Shown here piece after piece: positions 38,201 to 51,719 of a DNA stretch of 64,000 bases. The stretch's first letter is position 1. Each line of letters opens with the position of its first letter. The notes beneath the pieces were generated by a model that was not told the origin of the DNA, did no database searches, and worked only from the letters and a program-made list of their open reading frames with translations. This DNA is from Eledone cirrhosa (taxonomy: Eukaryota), in contig OZ024740.1 of assembly GCA_964016885.1 (NCBI GenBank), forward strand, positions 90,334,001 to 90,398,000, in the 5' to 3' direction. The position numbers were made by a program, and so were the translations under genes.

Positions 38201-39210
38201 ACTTTAGCCGATGTATAATAGAGATGATTTAAATCAGTAATGTTTAGTTTGTTTGTGATGATAATGTTTTTGAGAATTATGTTAGTCTTGTGTATTATCT
38301 TTTGGTTCTGTTTGGAGTTCTGGATCTTAGGGAGGGTGTCTCGTTGCCCCATGTCAGATTCTTTCATTTTCATCCATTCGATCATAATTTCATCCTTCAA
38401 GTTGGCAAGTTCATTCTCATTCATTTCTTTATCATTTACGATCTCATTATTTTCATTTGGAGTTTCATCCTGAGCATGCACTCCCTCCACTTTTTCGATC
38501 CTTTCTATAATTTGTTCTGTTGCCAGTGATTCCGCCCCAACCCTGGTATTCGAAGTGTTACAGTTTACCTCGTTTTCACTGACACATGTTTCATTTTCCC
38601 TTCGCTGACTTTGTGCTAATAGCTTGATCTGATCAATTTCTATATCAGTTAGTAACTTTTTTCTTACAATATTTCTTCGTATATTGGCTAGTTTGTTACT
38701 GTCAATATAGCCTCTGTTTTAGGGATGTTTCTTTTTCCAGTTGATATATGTGCTGTATTCGATGTATTTTATGGGTAGTACATGGCAGTGTAGAAAGCCT
38801 CAAGGACTTCTTTATTATCTTCCCTTGACCATTTTTCTCTCTTTTTCTTTGGATTTCTTGGTGGTGAGCATGGAGGGCCAACAGTAGGAGTATTCCGGTT
38901 ATGGGAGGTCTCCAGCTCCGAAGTGATGGGAAGGTTTGAACCATTAGCTGATTTTTCGACCCCAGTCAGGTTCCTCTCTGAGGGACGCGGCCCTTTTTTA
39001 CCTGGGTGACGGCTGATCCGGTGTGAGATTTTATCATTAGACATTTACTTTATTTTGTCGCGTTTTACCCTTATCCGCCAAGGGGTAATCATTTCGTGTT
39101 ACCACTTCTAGAACGAGTGTCAACCAAGACTAGAGGGGTCGTTCTCCCCTAGAGACACGGCTATTCCCCGCCGGCCGCCATCCCGGTATTTCTTGGTCAC
39201 GGGGTTTTCT
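35255..39210 (-). mobile_element. R4/Dong-clade retrotransposon family B, near full-length
   Basis: 864-aa ORF 35399-37993 with RT, CCHC finger and PD-(D/E)xK nuclease; upstream ORF pieces REKWSREDN; 3' end at (TAA)n. Confidence 0.92.
35399..37993 (-). CDS. RT-zinc knuckle-restriction-like endonuclease polyprotein (C-terminal part, open frame)
   Basis: NYRPITCL, IDYKKAFDS, FYMDDLKLF, ETIEHIISMC, RHD, NRPDII, LIDTSVP, VVVGALG. Confidence 0.85.
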   Translation of the reverse strand: MLIEIIKQKVSAKAARIRRFEKRSRFYKDNNMFKNNQRNFYRKIGMSTITAKSIPPKEEVQEFWEKIWAEEKVHNIHAPWIDRQMKDTAHLEEQTWENITVEQLRLALRKTSKWKSTGKDKIQNFWINAFNESHELLAKLYNEIVKEPEKIPSWLVNGITFLLPKNDETNNPKNYRPITCLTIMYKILISVLTEYTYDHLITNDLFPIEQKGCKRGSYGCKNQLLVNKMILEDCHNRHKNVWIAWIDYKKAFDSLPHSWIEKCLEIFKISPVVRRFLSFSMKTWKTTLLLNSETKSLEAGEDNINSGIFQRDSLSPLLFCIALIPLSKMLNETKHGYKVYDKTINHLFYMDDLKLFAKNDEQLQGLLSTVKQFSDDIKMEFGLDKCAKATFTRGKLLKSSDINLDRGNVIRELDQEKTYTYLGVCEGDGIKHSTMRERIRKECYRRVRAILRTELNARNRIDAINTLAIPVVTYIYNVINWSSTEIRRLDTKIRKFLTMHRMHHPMADIDRIYLPRKEGGRGLIQLDIALKTATIGSSTYLRESHDWMIKLVLKHESIKRSYSITKDAQRYRNGLHIPEVPFTAEMENTEKAKQVKVTAKKELLQKLAKKWQEKRLYGKYPERANNPDVDKTLTHQWLASSGLKSETEGLIISAQDQCLPTKNYQANIIKNGCSPLWRVCKKQPETIEHIISMCSPIAPTEYLNRHDRAAQYIHWIMCKHFDLPHQKNWWEHQPPPRLEKDHISILWNFSIQTDRKIDANRPDIILKDFQKRVCLLIDTSVPIDKNVSIKTFETLSKYMDLVIEIGKMWKLRTKTIPVVVGALGMIPKGSNNYSSQIPANPRIGEIQKIVLMGTAHILRKILSI

Positions 39211-39502
39211 TTTTGTTGTTTTTTTAAATTGTTATTATCATGAGTGGTTCCTTAATGTGAGCATTGCGTGGCTTAAGAATGAAATTATAAATAATTGTCT
39301 CCACTCCAGGCACAAGGCCAGCAATCACCCAGTGCATTACAATAATATAATATACTTTTTGTTGTAGTTGGCTGTTATTGTTGTTGGCTATGTCGGTGGT
39401 GGTGCCGGGGCTTTTTATATTGTTTGTGAGGAAGGGGTGAGCCAGCAGTCCCATAGTTGTTGATGTTGACGTTTGGCCGGTGGCCATTATCATTATTATT
39501 AA

Positions 39503-39551
<49 letters not shown>

Positions 39552-42500
39552 GGCGACCTACGTAGTAAATCGTATCATCGTGAGCTCCGCAAAGGTTTGT
39601 TATTTTCAGTTGTTTAAAATTGCCATTTATGGAAAATCTTTATTAACTGTATATAAGTGCACATACATTGATTTTTGAAAAGGACACTCAAAAATAGTGG
39701 GGCCTTGAGCCCAAATTTTAAACTTTTTATAATTATCAAACAAACATTTTTCTTTGAAATATAATGGACGACTCAGAGTCACTCCTTCCTCACAATCTAA
39801 CACCTCACACCGACACCACCATTGTAAATATTGCTACGTTTGTCAACACTGGAAATGTAAGCAGTAGCAATATTTTTAATTTGTCTCATGCAGACGTTCA
39901 TTTCCCGCCATTACCAATGCCTTCAGGTGTTAAAGCCGACACCACCACCACCACCACCGCGACAACCACAACCACCACCACCACCACCACCACCACAGCG
40001 ACAACAGAAACAAAAGGAAAAAATAAATTAACTCATGATATCGAAATGAATTCAACCAAAATGAACTCTTCCACACCGAACACCACTGACGCCACCACAA
40101 CCACAACTGAAACTAAAATTAACAATAGCAAAAATAACGATAACAACGACAGCAACAATGAAATTAAGAAAACTACACTCAGTTTTGCCAGAGTAGCAAA
40201 AACGTGCGAAGCGATCCAGGTAACTCAGGAGGAATTAGAAGAAGCCAAAGGAATGGTAAAGAAAGATGAGTACAGGGTCAGCCTCCTCCCACCTAATAAA
40301 ATGAAGCAACGTCGCCTATGCACCGTGTCGTATAGAACAATAAATGTAAAATCGCGCCGAGTGGAACGGGCATCCGAGTCCCAAATCCAAAATGCTTTGG
40401 GACATGTGTGGGCAAAAAAAACCCACATCAGACGTGGGCAGAAGTATGGAACCTTGGACGTGTTCTTTGAAACACCATAGGAGGCCAGAGAACTCTCTAT
40501 GGCCCCATTAAGAAATGACGACTTCACACTTATCCCAAGTTATTGTGGCCAGAGACTTGTGAAGATCAGGTTGACCCACGTTATACCGGCCATCGAAATT
40601 CCCTGGCTAATGTCTGCCGTCCTCGGCGGCATCGAGGCCAACACCAAGATAATTGAAATAGCGAAAGAATAGCAGGAGAATTGGTCCGGATCTGGGATGG
40701 AGCTCCTGATCCAAGCGGACCATAAAAGCATTGAGGAGATCCCAGAGGTAATAGACCTCACTGACGGCAGCCACCACACCGTAATCTTTGAGGGAAGAAG
40801 ACCAAGGTGTGTCGTTTGTGGTGAAGGAACCCACCTAAGGGCTTTCTGCCCTCAGGCTAAAAGGTTGAGGCCACCTCTCTTACCCACTCCAGTGACTCAA
40901 CCATCAACACCAGCAGCAGCAACAACTGTAGCAGCAACAACCGAAGCAACTGTAACAGCAATAACCCCAGCAACAGTAGCAAACCAACACCACCACGACC
41001 CAACGCTTCAGAACTAGCACCAGCGCCTACACCATCCACCACGCCACAACCAAAACCAACGCCTGTGGAGGATTTTCCTCTCCCCGGCTTATCGCAACTG
41101 GAGACAGATTGTGACGACATGGAGTGGGAAACGGTATCAGGAATAAAGAAAAAAAGAAACCAAAAAAGAAAAAAAATCTCTCCCTTCCGCCTCCAAAAAC
41201 AAAATACAGAGGGAAACGAATAATTTATCAAACAAAACAGTTAGGACACGACACTAAAAAGAAATTCCCCAAAGACATCGGAGACTTCCGACAAACACTC
41301 TCCAGGAGAATTTATAAGGACATCCCTCCGGAGGAGGCCACAGACAGTGAAAAGGATGGACGAACCATCTTTACTCTACGAGAAGTAAGGTAAGTGGTCT
41401 TTCCCATCTTTTCCACTCCATTTCAACATGACCTCACTCAGAATAGGAAGCATAAATGCGCGTCATGGAAGCAGGGCCACCTGCTCAACGACCTCAGGTC
41501 ACAAAACATAGATGTAGTGGCCATCAGCGAGACCAGAATCTCCAAGCACGGGCCTTCGCACCGATCTTCGGCGGCTACGGTGTGTACGCATCTCCCAGCC
41601 TTTCGGGATCGGGAGGAGGAGTTGCTGTGCTTATTCGGAGAGTTTGGATCTCGCCATACGGGCCATCCTCCTGGACCCAGAAGGTAAGTTGGTGGTGCTA
41701 GAGGTGACCAGCGGAGACGTACAAACTGTCAGCTAGTGGCCGTCTATGCCCCGACAGGAGCAGGGCGGCCTGATTTCTTCCGGCTTTTGGAGACCTTTCT
41801 TGGAGCGTCGCGCTCTTTAGTGTTAGTGGGCGACTGGAACGGGATCTTAGATGCACGCTGGGACTGTGTGGGATTAGCGGATAGTGGAGGAGGGTGCAAG
41901 AGTCTCACCACCCTGCTCAGGCGTTTTGAACTGTCTGACAGGTACCGATTGGATTCCCCGAATGTGCCAATGTGGACTAGGACAAATCGCATAGGGTCAT
42001 CCAGATCATATCTAGATAGAGTATTTTGTAGAGAAATAGATAGGTCTAGCATAGTCAGCTACACGGACCATAAATTCGTGATCTGTGTGCTTGACTTAGA
42101 TAGGCTTCATAGACGAGGACCCGGCTACTGGAAGCTAAACGCGTCCTTACCAGCACGCAAGGCCTACAGAGACCGGATTAGCGAACTAGTTAAGCGGTGG
42201 TTTGCTCTGAAAAGAGCAATTAGAATAGAGTCCATTAGGTTTAGTAAGGTTTAGCAATAGAGAAAAATAGAGCACAGGGGAATAGTTAGAAAATTAGACG
42301 AGGCGCTTAGCAAAGGCATCGTGAACGACGTGCTTGCGGCGGAATTGGTCCTTGACCAATTCTTCAATGCAAAGCACGAAGGCTGCGTTGTCAGAGCTAG
42401 GATGCGTGCTCTCAGACACGAGGGGACGAAAGCCGTTCAATGGGCCCGAGTGGCGGAGGTGCGTCGTGGCAACAAAGCCACGACCCGGTCTTTGGTGGAC

Positions 42501-45013
42501 CACGACGGGCGCATGCTTCTCGATCCCGGGCAAATGTGTGAAGCTTTTCAGCCACACTTTGCTCAGTTGTTCGGGGGCAGCGGCGGGCCGGATCGAGGGA
42601 TGGACTTTAGTGTCTACCTCGACGGACTGCCGCGGCTCTAGCCCACTGAGGCGGAGTGTTGCGAAAAGCCGCTAACAGCCGCTGAAGTACGGGAGGCAAT
42701 GACTAGCTGCACAAGGGTTAAATCGCCTGGTTTGGATGGTCTGCCCTATGAACTTTACGTACAAATGCCAGACTTGTTCGGAGGCCTCTTGGCGGACGTC
42801 TACTGCAACTGGCAACAGAACGGGAGAATTCCCAGCTCTGTTAGACGAGGAGCTGTGGCGCTGCTGAGAAAGGATCCGAACAAGGGAGATAACATAGATA
42901 ATTTTAGGCCCATAACTCTGCTAAACAAAGTTCAAGATTTTGACCAAGGTGCTAGCAAAGAGGTTGCCGCTTGTCATTGGTGGTCTCCTGGGAGAGGCGC
43001 AGACATGCGGCATTCCCGACAGATCCATCCACGACAACCTCCACCTAATGCGATACATCGTAGAGAGTGTAGCTAGGGAACCTGGCACGGGTGGGTCCTT
43101 AATCAATTTAGATGAGTCGAAAGCTTTCGATAGGGTCGACCATCGTTACATAGCGGCAGTTCCTGAGGGCGGCTGGCTTTGGGCCCGTCTTCAGAGGCTG
43201 GATCGCTGCCATGCACAGCGACATCTGCTCTGTGGTGAGAGTGAACGGTCACCTTTCGGAACCGTTCAACATCATGCGCTCCGTCCGCCAAGGATGTCCC
43301 CTCTCGTCCCTCTTGTACGTATTGACTCTCGAGCCATTACTGCACAAACTGGAGACGTTGAGGGGGGTCCCGCGCGAAATAGGATGCGGAAGATCCGTTT
43401 CAGCATATGCGGACGATGTCACCGTAGTGGTGTCGAACGCCAAACACATCGAGGCGATCGGCACTACACTAAGAGAATACGAAGCCGTGACAGGAGCAAT
43501 GATCAACCAGGAAAAGTCAGTGAGCCTGCAGCTCTACCCCTGGAGAGGCAGGTCCATGCCGTCCAACAGCGTCATCGGGCGCTGGACGGACGGACCAGTT
43601 AAATTGCTCGGGGTCTGGTTTGGTCCGGATCTCAAGATGGACAAAAACTGGGACAAGGTGATGAGCAGGGAGGCTTCTCTCACCCAGAAATGTGCAGAAA
43701 GGTAGCTATCCCTGAAAGGTCGAGTGGAGGTGGCTAACGCGTATATAGCGTCCGTCATCTACTACCGCCTGACCGTCGTACCTTGAACTAAGCCCCGTCT
43801 GACTGCGCTGGAGCGTTTGCTCTTTCGCTTTTTGTGGGAGGGACGCCCTCCGATGATCAGGCGGTCCATCTGCTGTCAACACCGGCTACGTGGAGGGCTG
43901 GCATGTCGTGACTGATGATGCGCAGACACGCGCTCAGGCTACGACATCTCTACCTCTTCCTCGACGGTGATCAGGTGTGGTCTCCGTTTGCTAGACGCGT
44001 CTTTCCCCAGCTCGTTCCTTGACGGAGCTGCAGTCCTGATTCAAGCGAAGAACGAGAGGGAGCGATTGGAGACTGGAATGTCTTCAGGCGCTCACAGCCT
44101 TTGACCTATCGGGAAATGTGTTCGGTGAAAACTCCACCTTGGCCTTCTATAGAGGATTAGTTGAGGGGAAGAGCGACGGCGTACTTGGGGAAACTCTAGG
44201 CTTCGAGGAAAATCAACTAGCCAATCTCTTCGGAAGAACTTTCGGGCCGGGGCCTATAGACAACTTCCAGAAATACCTGGCCTGGCAATGCTACCGAGGA
44301 GCTTTGCCAGTTCGGGATAAACTCTACAGGCATGGAAATGCCGTCAGCCGGGCATGTCCGAGATGCACGCAGGGCGACGAAACCGTCCTGCACGCACTCG
44401 TCCAGTGTCCGAGTATTGCTGACTTGTGGGTTTATGTCGAACACCTGCTGCCGCGTGTAGGACGGATCCAGCTATCAGCTGGGTCCATCGTGAGGATTGC
44501 CCCGCTTTCTTCCTTTAGTCTGGAAGGGCAGGCAGTTTTTATCTGTCTGGTGGCCATGACGAAAGAGATAGTATGGGGACACGTTTGAAAGGGCTGACGA
44601 CGAGCACTTACCTCTTCGGTGATGCCCTGATTAACTTTTTCAAATTTCATTTAAAAAGGAAAATCAGGGTAGAAAGGGAAGTGCTCTCTTTCCAGCATTT
44701 CGTTGAAAAATGGGTGAGAGAGGCAAGAATGGCCCGAGTGAATGGGCCTACTCTGAGTATATGATGTAAATTAAAGGTGGAAAACTGGGAGAGGGCACTT
44801 GCCCTGGTGTTCAGGGTCACTGTAGCGTTTTAATGGGCTTTCTCCACGAATGTCCCTCGGAAGTCTCCCCCCTATTGGGGAATATTTTCATTGTTCTATT
44901 ATTACATCCTGTATTTCTTGTTTTTTGCAAGCAGAAATGGCCACTTGTACCGCCCTGTATTGTCCTGTACTGTCCTTAATATCTACTTTATGTAGACCCT
45001 TATAAAGGAAAGC
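39552..45013 (+). mobile_element. Tx1-clade LINE copy 3, full-length, many stops and frameshifts
   Basis: Same 5' end GGCGACCTACG after (TTA)n; ORF1, APE, RT, CCHC and 3'UTR all present. Confidence 0.92.
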
Positions 45014-45029
45014 ATTATTATTATTATTA

Positions 45030-45070
<41 letters not shown>

Positions 45071-48000
45071 GAATGCCATGGTTGACGGAGGCTCGGCTCT
45101 GTAAGGTATATTAAATTTTAACCGCTATAACAATTGTAAATTGTTTAAAACTTTAACCAAATTATAGACAAAGACACCCTCCTCCTCGCGAGTGGGGTCT
45201 TTCTGCCAGTTATTTGGCCCTTCGGTGTTAAATAACCGTTTATTGGGGTTTTGTGCCCAATATTTATTTTAAACCAAAAAAACATGGCTACAAAAAAAAT
45301 GTTCACAAGTCACCCCCACTCATTCCGTCTTCTTCTTCCTCAATCGTCACTACACCAGAGAGAAGATTGTCTCTCTCCCTCCCTTCTCTAAATGTGTCTC
45401 TCTCCCTCCCTTCTCTTTCGCAAGCGACGCCAGTAAAGAAAATGAAAAATATTGTTTCTGATAGTTTCCAAGATCACATACAAAACGTGGAACATTTCTC
45501 CACGACGTACAACGACGAAAAATATGTGCGGTAAATACGGAAACTCATTTCATTCGTCTGACGTCAAGATTAATAGCAGTAGCAGCCGTAATAACAGCAG
45601 CAGCAACAGTGACAAGGAAAACAACAGTAGCAGCTGCAACAGCATCAGCAGCAAATAAACAACAATAGCATTAGCAGCAACAGCAACAACAACAGCAGCA
45701 GCAGCAACAGAAACAGCAACCGCAGCAACAGCGGATGCGGCAGTCGTAGTACCAGCAGCAGCAACAGAAGTAACTGCAGCTCTGACGACGACAACAACAA
45801 TAACAAAGAAAAACCAATCTCGTTTGCAGGTATCGCAAAGAACCTGGAAACCATCATTATAATAAATGAGGAATTACAGGAAGCAAAGAAGATGGTGACG
45901 AAAACCCGACACCGAGCAATATGCAAGGCAGTCGAAAATGTTTTCGAAACCCAACAGCACTATACGGTCACGTACCGTACAGTAAGTACAAAATCCCGTA
46001 GGGTTGAAAGAGCCACAGAGGCTCAAATACAAAAAGCCTTAGGGTCTGTGTGGCAGCGGAAAACGCATATCACCCGAGGCAAGAAATATGCCACCGTGGA
46101 CGTGCTTTTTGCAACACCCCAGGAGGCAAAGGCTCAATCCTTAGTGACATTAAGGAGCGAGGAAATGGTGCTGGTGCCCCCCCCCCCCTACTGCGGACAA
46201 AAAATTGTGGGGGTCAAACTGACGCACGTCCCCCCCGGGATGGCCCCTTCTTGGCTGGCCACGTCTGTCCTCGTCGGAATCGAGGACAAACCAACTGTAC
46301 TGCAAGTACAGAAAATAGTACGAGAAGATTGGGTCGGCACCTCCATTGAGATGTTAATCCAAACCAACCAGGGATGCATCGAAGCTATCCCGGATGTGAT
46401 AGACTTCGATAACGGCACTCAACTGCCCATAAGTGTTGAGAGCAAACGCCCGAAATGCTTTCGCTGTGGATCGAAGACTCACCTCAGGGCCTCCTGCTAT
46501 GAGAACACCCTGAGAAAGGATAACCCACCCTCCTTCCGAAACCGGCTACACTGCTACCAGCAAGAGGACAGGTGGCAACCAGGAATTATAGGTCCGTGGC
46601 ACCCATACCCACGCCACGGAAATCAAGAACAGTAGCAGCAGTGGAAGTATTAACAACAACAACAGCAATACCAAATGCAGCTGCAACAGAGACTCCACTG
46701 CAAACATCACCAACAACAACAAGTGAAAGAGTGGAGCTGGTAACCTTCCCCGACCTCACAGAATCGGACATGGAGTGTGAGGTGGGAGAGGGATGGCAAA
46801 AGGACGCAAGAAGGCACAAACGCAGAAGCAGCGCATCGTCGCCTTCGAAAAGGGAGGAAATTAACGAAAAAAAGTTAAAGGCTACTGCAAAATGACTTAC
46901 AGTAGCGACACCACCAACACCATCGCCACCCATACTAGCACCACCATCACAACCGGCGGCAATCCCACCGCCAACAACAACAACACTATCAACACCACCA
47001 CCACAAGCACCAACATCGGAAACAACAAAACACACACACCCAGCAACAACGACAAGTAAATAGCAGAACCGCACCCCACCCCCAGAAAAACAAATGTACA
47101 GAAATATATACACACAACAAGAAACTAATGAATTACATAATTGAACACACAGACATTTCACAGACAGACTACATAATACCAGCACCAATCAAAACACCAA
47201 CGAACATAAGACTGGTAAGAATAGCACAGAAACAATACACAAATATTAAAACGAAATTTCCTAACGCGATTGGCGATTTCAGAGACCTAGGAGGGACACT
47301 CAACCTGTGGATATATTCGGATATACTCACAGAAGAGCCGACGACCAGCCGAAGGGACGATTCAACGGTCCCTTCACCAGACGATCAAGTGAAAAGGGAT
47401 GGAGAAACCATCCTACCTGTGCGAGAAGTAAGGTAAGTGGTCTTTCCCATCTTTTCCACTCCATTTTAACATGAACTCACTCAGAATAGGCAGCATAAAT
47501 GCGCGTGGCTTGGGGTCGTCTTGGAAGCAGGGCCACCTGCTCAACGACCTCAGGTCACTAAACATAGATGTAGGGGCCATCAGCGAGATCAGAATCTCCG
47601 AAGCACGGGCCTTCGCACCGATCTTCGGCGGCTACGATGTGTACGCATCTCCCAGCAATCCGGGATCGGAGGGAGGAGTTGCTGTGCTTTTTCGGAGAGG
47701 TTTGGATCTCGCCATACGGGCCATTTTCCTGGACGCAGAAGGTAATTAGTGGTACTGGACGTGACTAGCTGAGACGGGCAAGCTTTCAGGCCAGTGGCCG
47801 TCTACGCCCCGTCAGGAGCAGGGCGGCCTGATTTCTTCCGGCGTCTGGATACCTCTCTTTAATGTTAGTGGGCGACTGGAACGGGATCTTAGATGCACGC
47901 TGGGACTGTGTGGGATTAGCGGATAGGGGAGGAGGGTGCAAGAGTCTCACCAACCTGCTCAGGCGTTTAGAATTGTCTCACAGATACCGATTAGATTTCC

Positions 48001-49892
48001 CGAATGTGCAGATGTGGACTTGGACAAATCGCTTAGGGTCATCCAGATCATATCTAGATAGAGTATTTTGTAGGGAAATAGATAGGTCTAGCATAGGCTG
48101 TCCACAATTCAAGATAGTCAGCTACACGGACCACAAATTCGTGATTTGTGTGCTTGACTTAGATAGGCTTCATAAACGAGGACCCGGCTGCTGGAAGCTA
48201 AACGCGTCCTTACCAGCGCGCAAGGCCTACACAGGGGGTCCCGAGCGAACTAGGATGCGGAAGATCCGTGTCAGCATATGCGGACGATGTCACCATAGTG
48301 GTGTCCAACGCCAAACACATCGAGGCGATCGGCACTACATTAAGAGAATACGAAGCGGTGACAGGACCAATGATCAACCAGGAAAAGTCAATGGGCCTGC
48401 AGCTCGGCACCTGGAGAGGCAGGTCTATGCCGTCCAACAGCGTCTTCGGGCGCTGGACGGACGGACCGTTTAAATTGCTAGGGGTCTGGTTCGGTCCGGA
48501 CCTCCAGACGGACAAAAACTGAGACGAGGTGATGAGCAGGGTGGCTTCTCTCACCCAGAAATGGGCCGAGAGGAAGCTATCCCTGAAAGGTCGAGCGGAG
48601 GTGGCTAACGCGTATATCGCGTCCGTCATATACTACCACCTGACCGTCGTACCTTGTCCTAAGCCCCGCTTGACTGCGCTGGAGCGTTTGCTCTTTCGCT
48701 TTTTGTGGAAGGGACGCGCTCGTGGTCAGGCGGTCCATCTGCTGTCAACACCCGCTACGTGGAGGGCTGGGCATGCCGTGGCTGATGATGCGCAGACACG
48801 CGCTCAGGCTACGACATCTCCTCCTCTTCCTCGACAGTGATCATGTTTGGTCGCAGTTTTCTAGACACGTCTTTCCCCAGCTCGTCTCCTTGACGGAGCT
48901 GCAGTCCTGTGTCAAGCGAAGACCGAGAGGGAGTGCTTGGATACTGGAATGTTTTCAAGCGCTCACAGTCATCGACCAATCGGGCAATGTGAACGGTGGA
49001 AACTCCACCTTGGCGTTCTATAAAGGATTAGTGGAAGGGAAGAGCGACGACGTACTTGGAGAAACTCTAGTCGTCGACGAAAGTCAACTAGCCAATCTCT
49101 TCGGAAGGACTTTCGGGCCGGGGCCTATGGACAACTTCCAGAAATCCCTGACCTAGCAGTGCTACCGAGGAGTTTTGCCAGTTCGGGATAAACTCTACAG
49201 GCATGAATGTGCCATCAGCCGGCATGTCCCTGATGCGCGCAGGGCGACGAAACCGTCCTGCACGCACTCGTCCAGTGTCCGAGCATAGCTGACTTGTGGG
49301 TTTATTTCGAAGACCTGCTGTCGCGTGTAGGACGGATCCAGCTATCAGCTGGGTCCATCGTGAGGATTGCCCCACCCTCTTCCTTTAGCCGGGTAGGGCA
49401 GGCAGTTTTTATCTGTCTGGTGGCCATGGCGAGAGAGATAGTATGGTGGACACGTTTGAAAGGGCTGAAGACGAGCACTTACCTCTTCGGCCATGCTCTG
49501 ATCAACTTTTTTCAAATTTCATTTAAAAAGGAAAATCAGGGTAGAAAGGTAAGTTCTCTCTTCCTAGCATTTTGTTGAAAGATGGGTGAGAGAGGCAAGA
49601 ATGTCCCGAGTGAATGGGCATACTCTGAGTATGTGTCTGTAAATTAAAGGTGGAAAACTGGGAGAGGGCACTTGCCCTGGTGGTCAGGGTCACTGTGCCG
49701 TTTTAATGGGCTTTCTCCACGAATGTCCCTCGGAAGTCTCCCCCCTATTGGGGAATTTATTCATTGTTCTATTATTACATCCTCTATTTCTTGTTTTTTA
49801 CACGCAGAAATGCCCATTTGTACCGTCCTGTATTGTCCTGTATTGTCCTTAATGTCTACTTTATGTAAACCCTTGTGGTTAATAAAGAAAGC
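45071..49892 (+). mobile_element. Tx1-clade LINE copy 4 with a different 5'UTR/ORF1 and an internal deletion
   Basis: ORF1 paralog (CFRCGSKTHLRASC); ORF2 and 3'UTR nearly identical to the other copies; deletion junction at ~48232. Confidence 0.9.
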
Positions 49893-49919
49893 ATTATTAT
49901 TATTATTATTATTATTATT

Positions 49920-50320
49920 CGCTTTCTTCTTCTCCACCCCCACTTCCTCCTCACCCCCTCATCATTATCCTCCTCCTCATTTTTATTCCTCTTCTCTTTC
50001 TTCTTATTCTTATTCTTCTTCTTTAGTGAGTGTCGTTGTGACAGAGTAGTTAAACACTCCTTCCGGTGCATCCTGTCAGAATCAACCATTTCGAACTGAT
50101 TCGGCTGGATACCCCAGCATGACCAACAAAGCTTATGGATGTTGTACAATCATCTTGCTCGGAGTCTGCAAATTCCAGTCGATTGATTAAACACCACAGA
50201 TACATGATATCCCTTCCACCTATTTGCGCATATCAATCCACTTCATGAAAATAATGAACAGGAGAGAGGACCGTATATTCACTTTTCGGAGTCCAACTCC
50301 CATATTGAATGGTTTTGATT
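49920..50320 (-). mobile_element. Decayed RTE-like LINE remnant with (GAA)-rich tail
   Basis: Minus strand SLLFIIFMKWID RT-motif remnant; purine-rich trinucleotide tail. Confidence 0.45.
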
Positions 50321-50379
50321 TAGCACAATTTAGCACGCCCATCATATATTTGGTTAGTAGCGATATAAGCAGGCAGCTA

Positions 50380-50580
50380 TCGGCAACACATTTGTACCTG
50401 TGATAATTAAGTATATGGGCTATATTACAAATGTATCAGTACAAACCTTGAGCAGATGGGCTTCACAGGAAAAGAAAAAGCACGGCTAGTTTGGAATTTG
50501 CAAGCACTTTGCATTAATGCAACCGTTATAAGGAACACATTTCCGAAATATATTCAGCATGTAATAACTAATTGAATTCT
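50380..50580 (+). mobile_element. Possible C-terminal remnant of another RLE-type retrotransposon
   Basis: FVPVII..GY/..KCISTNLEQMGF..LVWNLQ..TVIRNTF resembles the PIIIGALG..L..LG...LQ end of RLE ORFs. Confidence 0.35.
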
Positions 50581-51719
50581 ATATTATACATATTTACATG
50601 TCCGCTTTATTAAACTATATAATAGATGTAAATGTCCACTTTAATTATTGTTACAATTTTATATTTATTTTTAGAACTGGTGAACATATATTTTGTGTGC
50701 AAAAATTCAATATTGTCTGTGATGAAATATCCTGATGTCACAAATTCGTTGTATGCATATTGAATCGAATTAATCGCACATGCTAACTTCAAATAGAGAC
50801 GAAAAAACAAACAGTTTGAGTAGTATGCATAATTTTCAAAATTTAGCATTAATGTGTATTTCTCTGAAACAAAGTATGGCGTAGAATCTCAATTCTCATG
50901 CCTAATGGATTACTTCATAAATATAAATGGCATTTGTATATATTGCAACATTTAACCATAATCTAATCAATTTAATTGCATATTATATGTTTATTTGTTC
51001 ACGTTTTAATTTTCCAGTTTTGTTCCTTACTTTATATATATATAACTCTTGCATTTAACTCTTCCAGGACTTGATCATAATCATCACCTGCAACATCAGG
51101 TTTTTATTCTATATAACCCATTAGGCTTATTGATATATAGATTTTTAGCATGAACAATTGTATACATAAATATTCTTCAAACAAATAATATATTTCTTAA
51201 GAAGCTAACTATTGCATATAAAATTAATATTTTATACTTCTGTCCTTTATTCGATAAAACTTTGTAAAATAAATTTTCTCAAGAAACTGTTAGTATACGT
51301 GTATGCTATTGTTGTCACGCTTTGTGAGTGAAACTAGGTAGGTAGAAAATATTTGAAATATCGTCAAATGAATTTATCTGCAATTCTGCCTGATAATTAG
51401 GTCATGTTTGCATGTGTACGTGGGGTAATCCATCATATGTTAATTTATGAGATAGAAGTTCAGTTGATCATTTGAATGAAAGCTCGTTTAGATATTATTG
51501 GTGCGAATCCATAAAACCATATGAGTGGATGGTTCATTTACTTGAGTCATTGCAAGTGAAATTATGAGGTTAAATTTGAATTATCTAATGTGATAGCACA
51601 ATTTAATCGAATTATATCATTATAGGCGGCATTAAAACATCGAATATGAGGACATATTTTGAGGCTGTATGAGTCAATAAAAAAATGTGTGCGTGTATTC
51701 ATTGGAATGAAAAAATGGG

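Noticed and set aside
50440-50850. Host exon (UBA-like LEQMGF; 79-aa ORF 50610-50849)
   Set aside because: The LEQMGF context fits an RLE retrotransposon C-terminus better; the 79-aa ORF has no recognisable motif or clear splice sites
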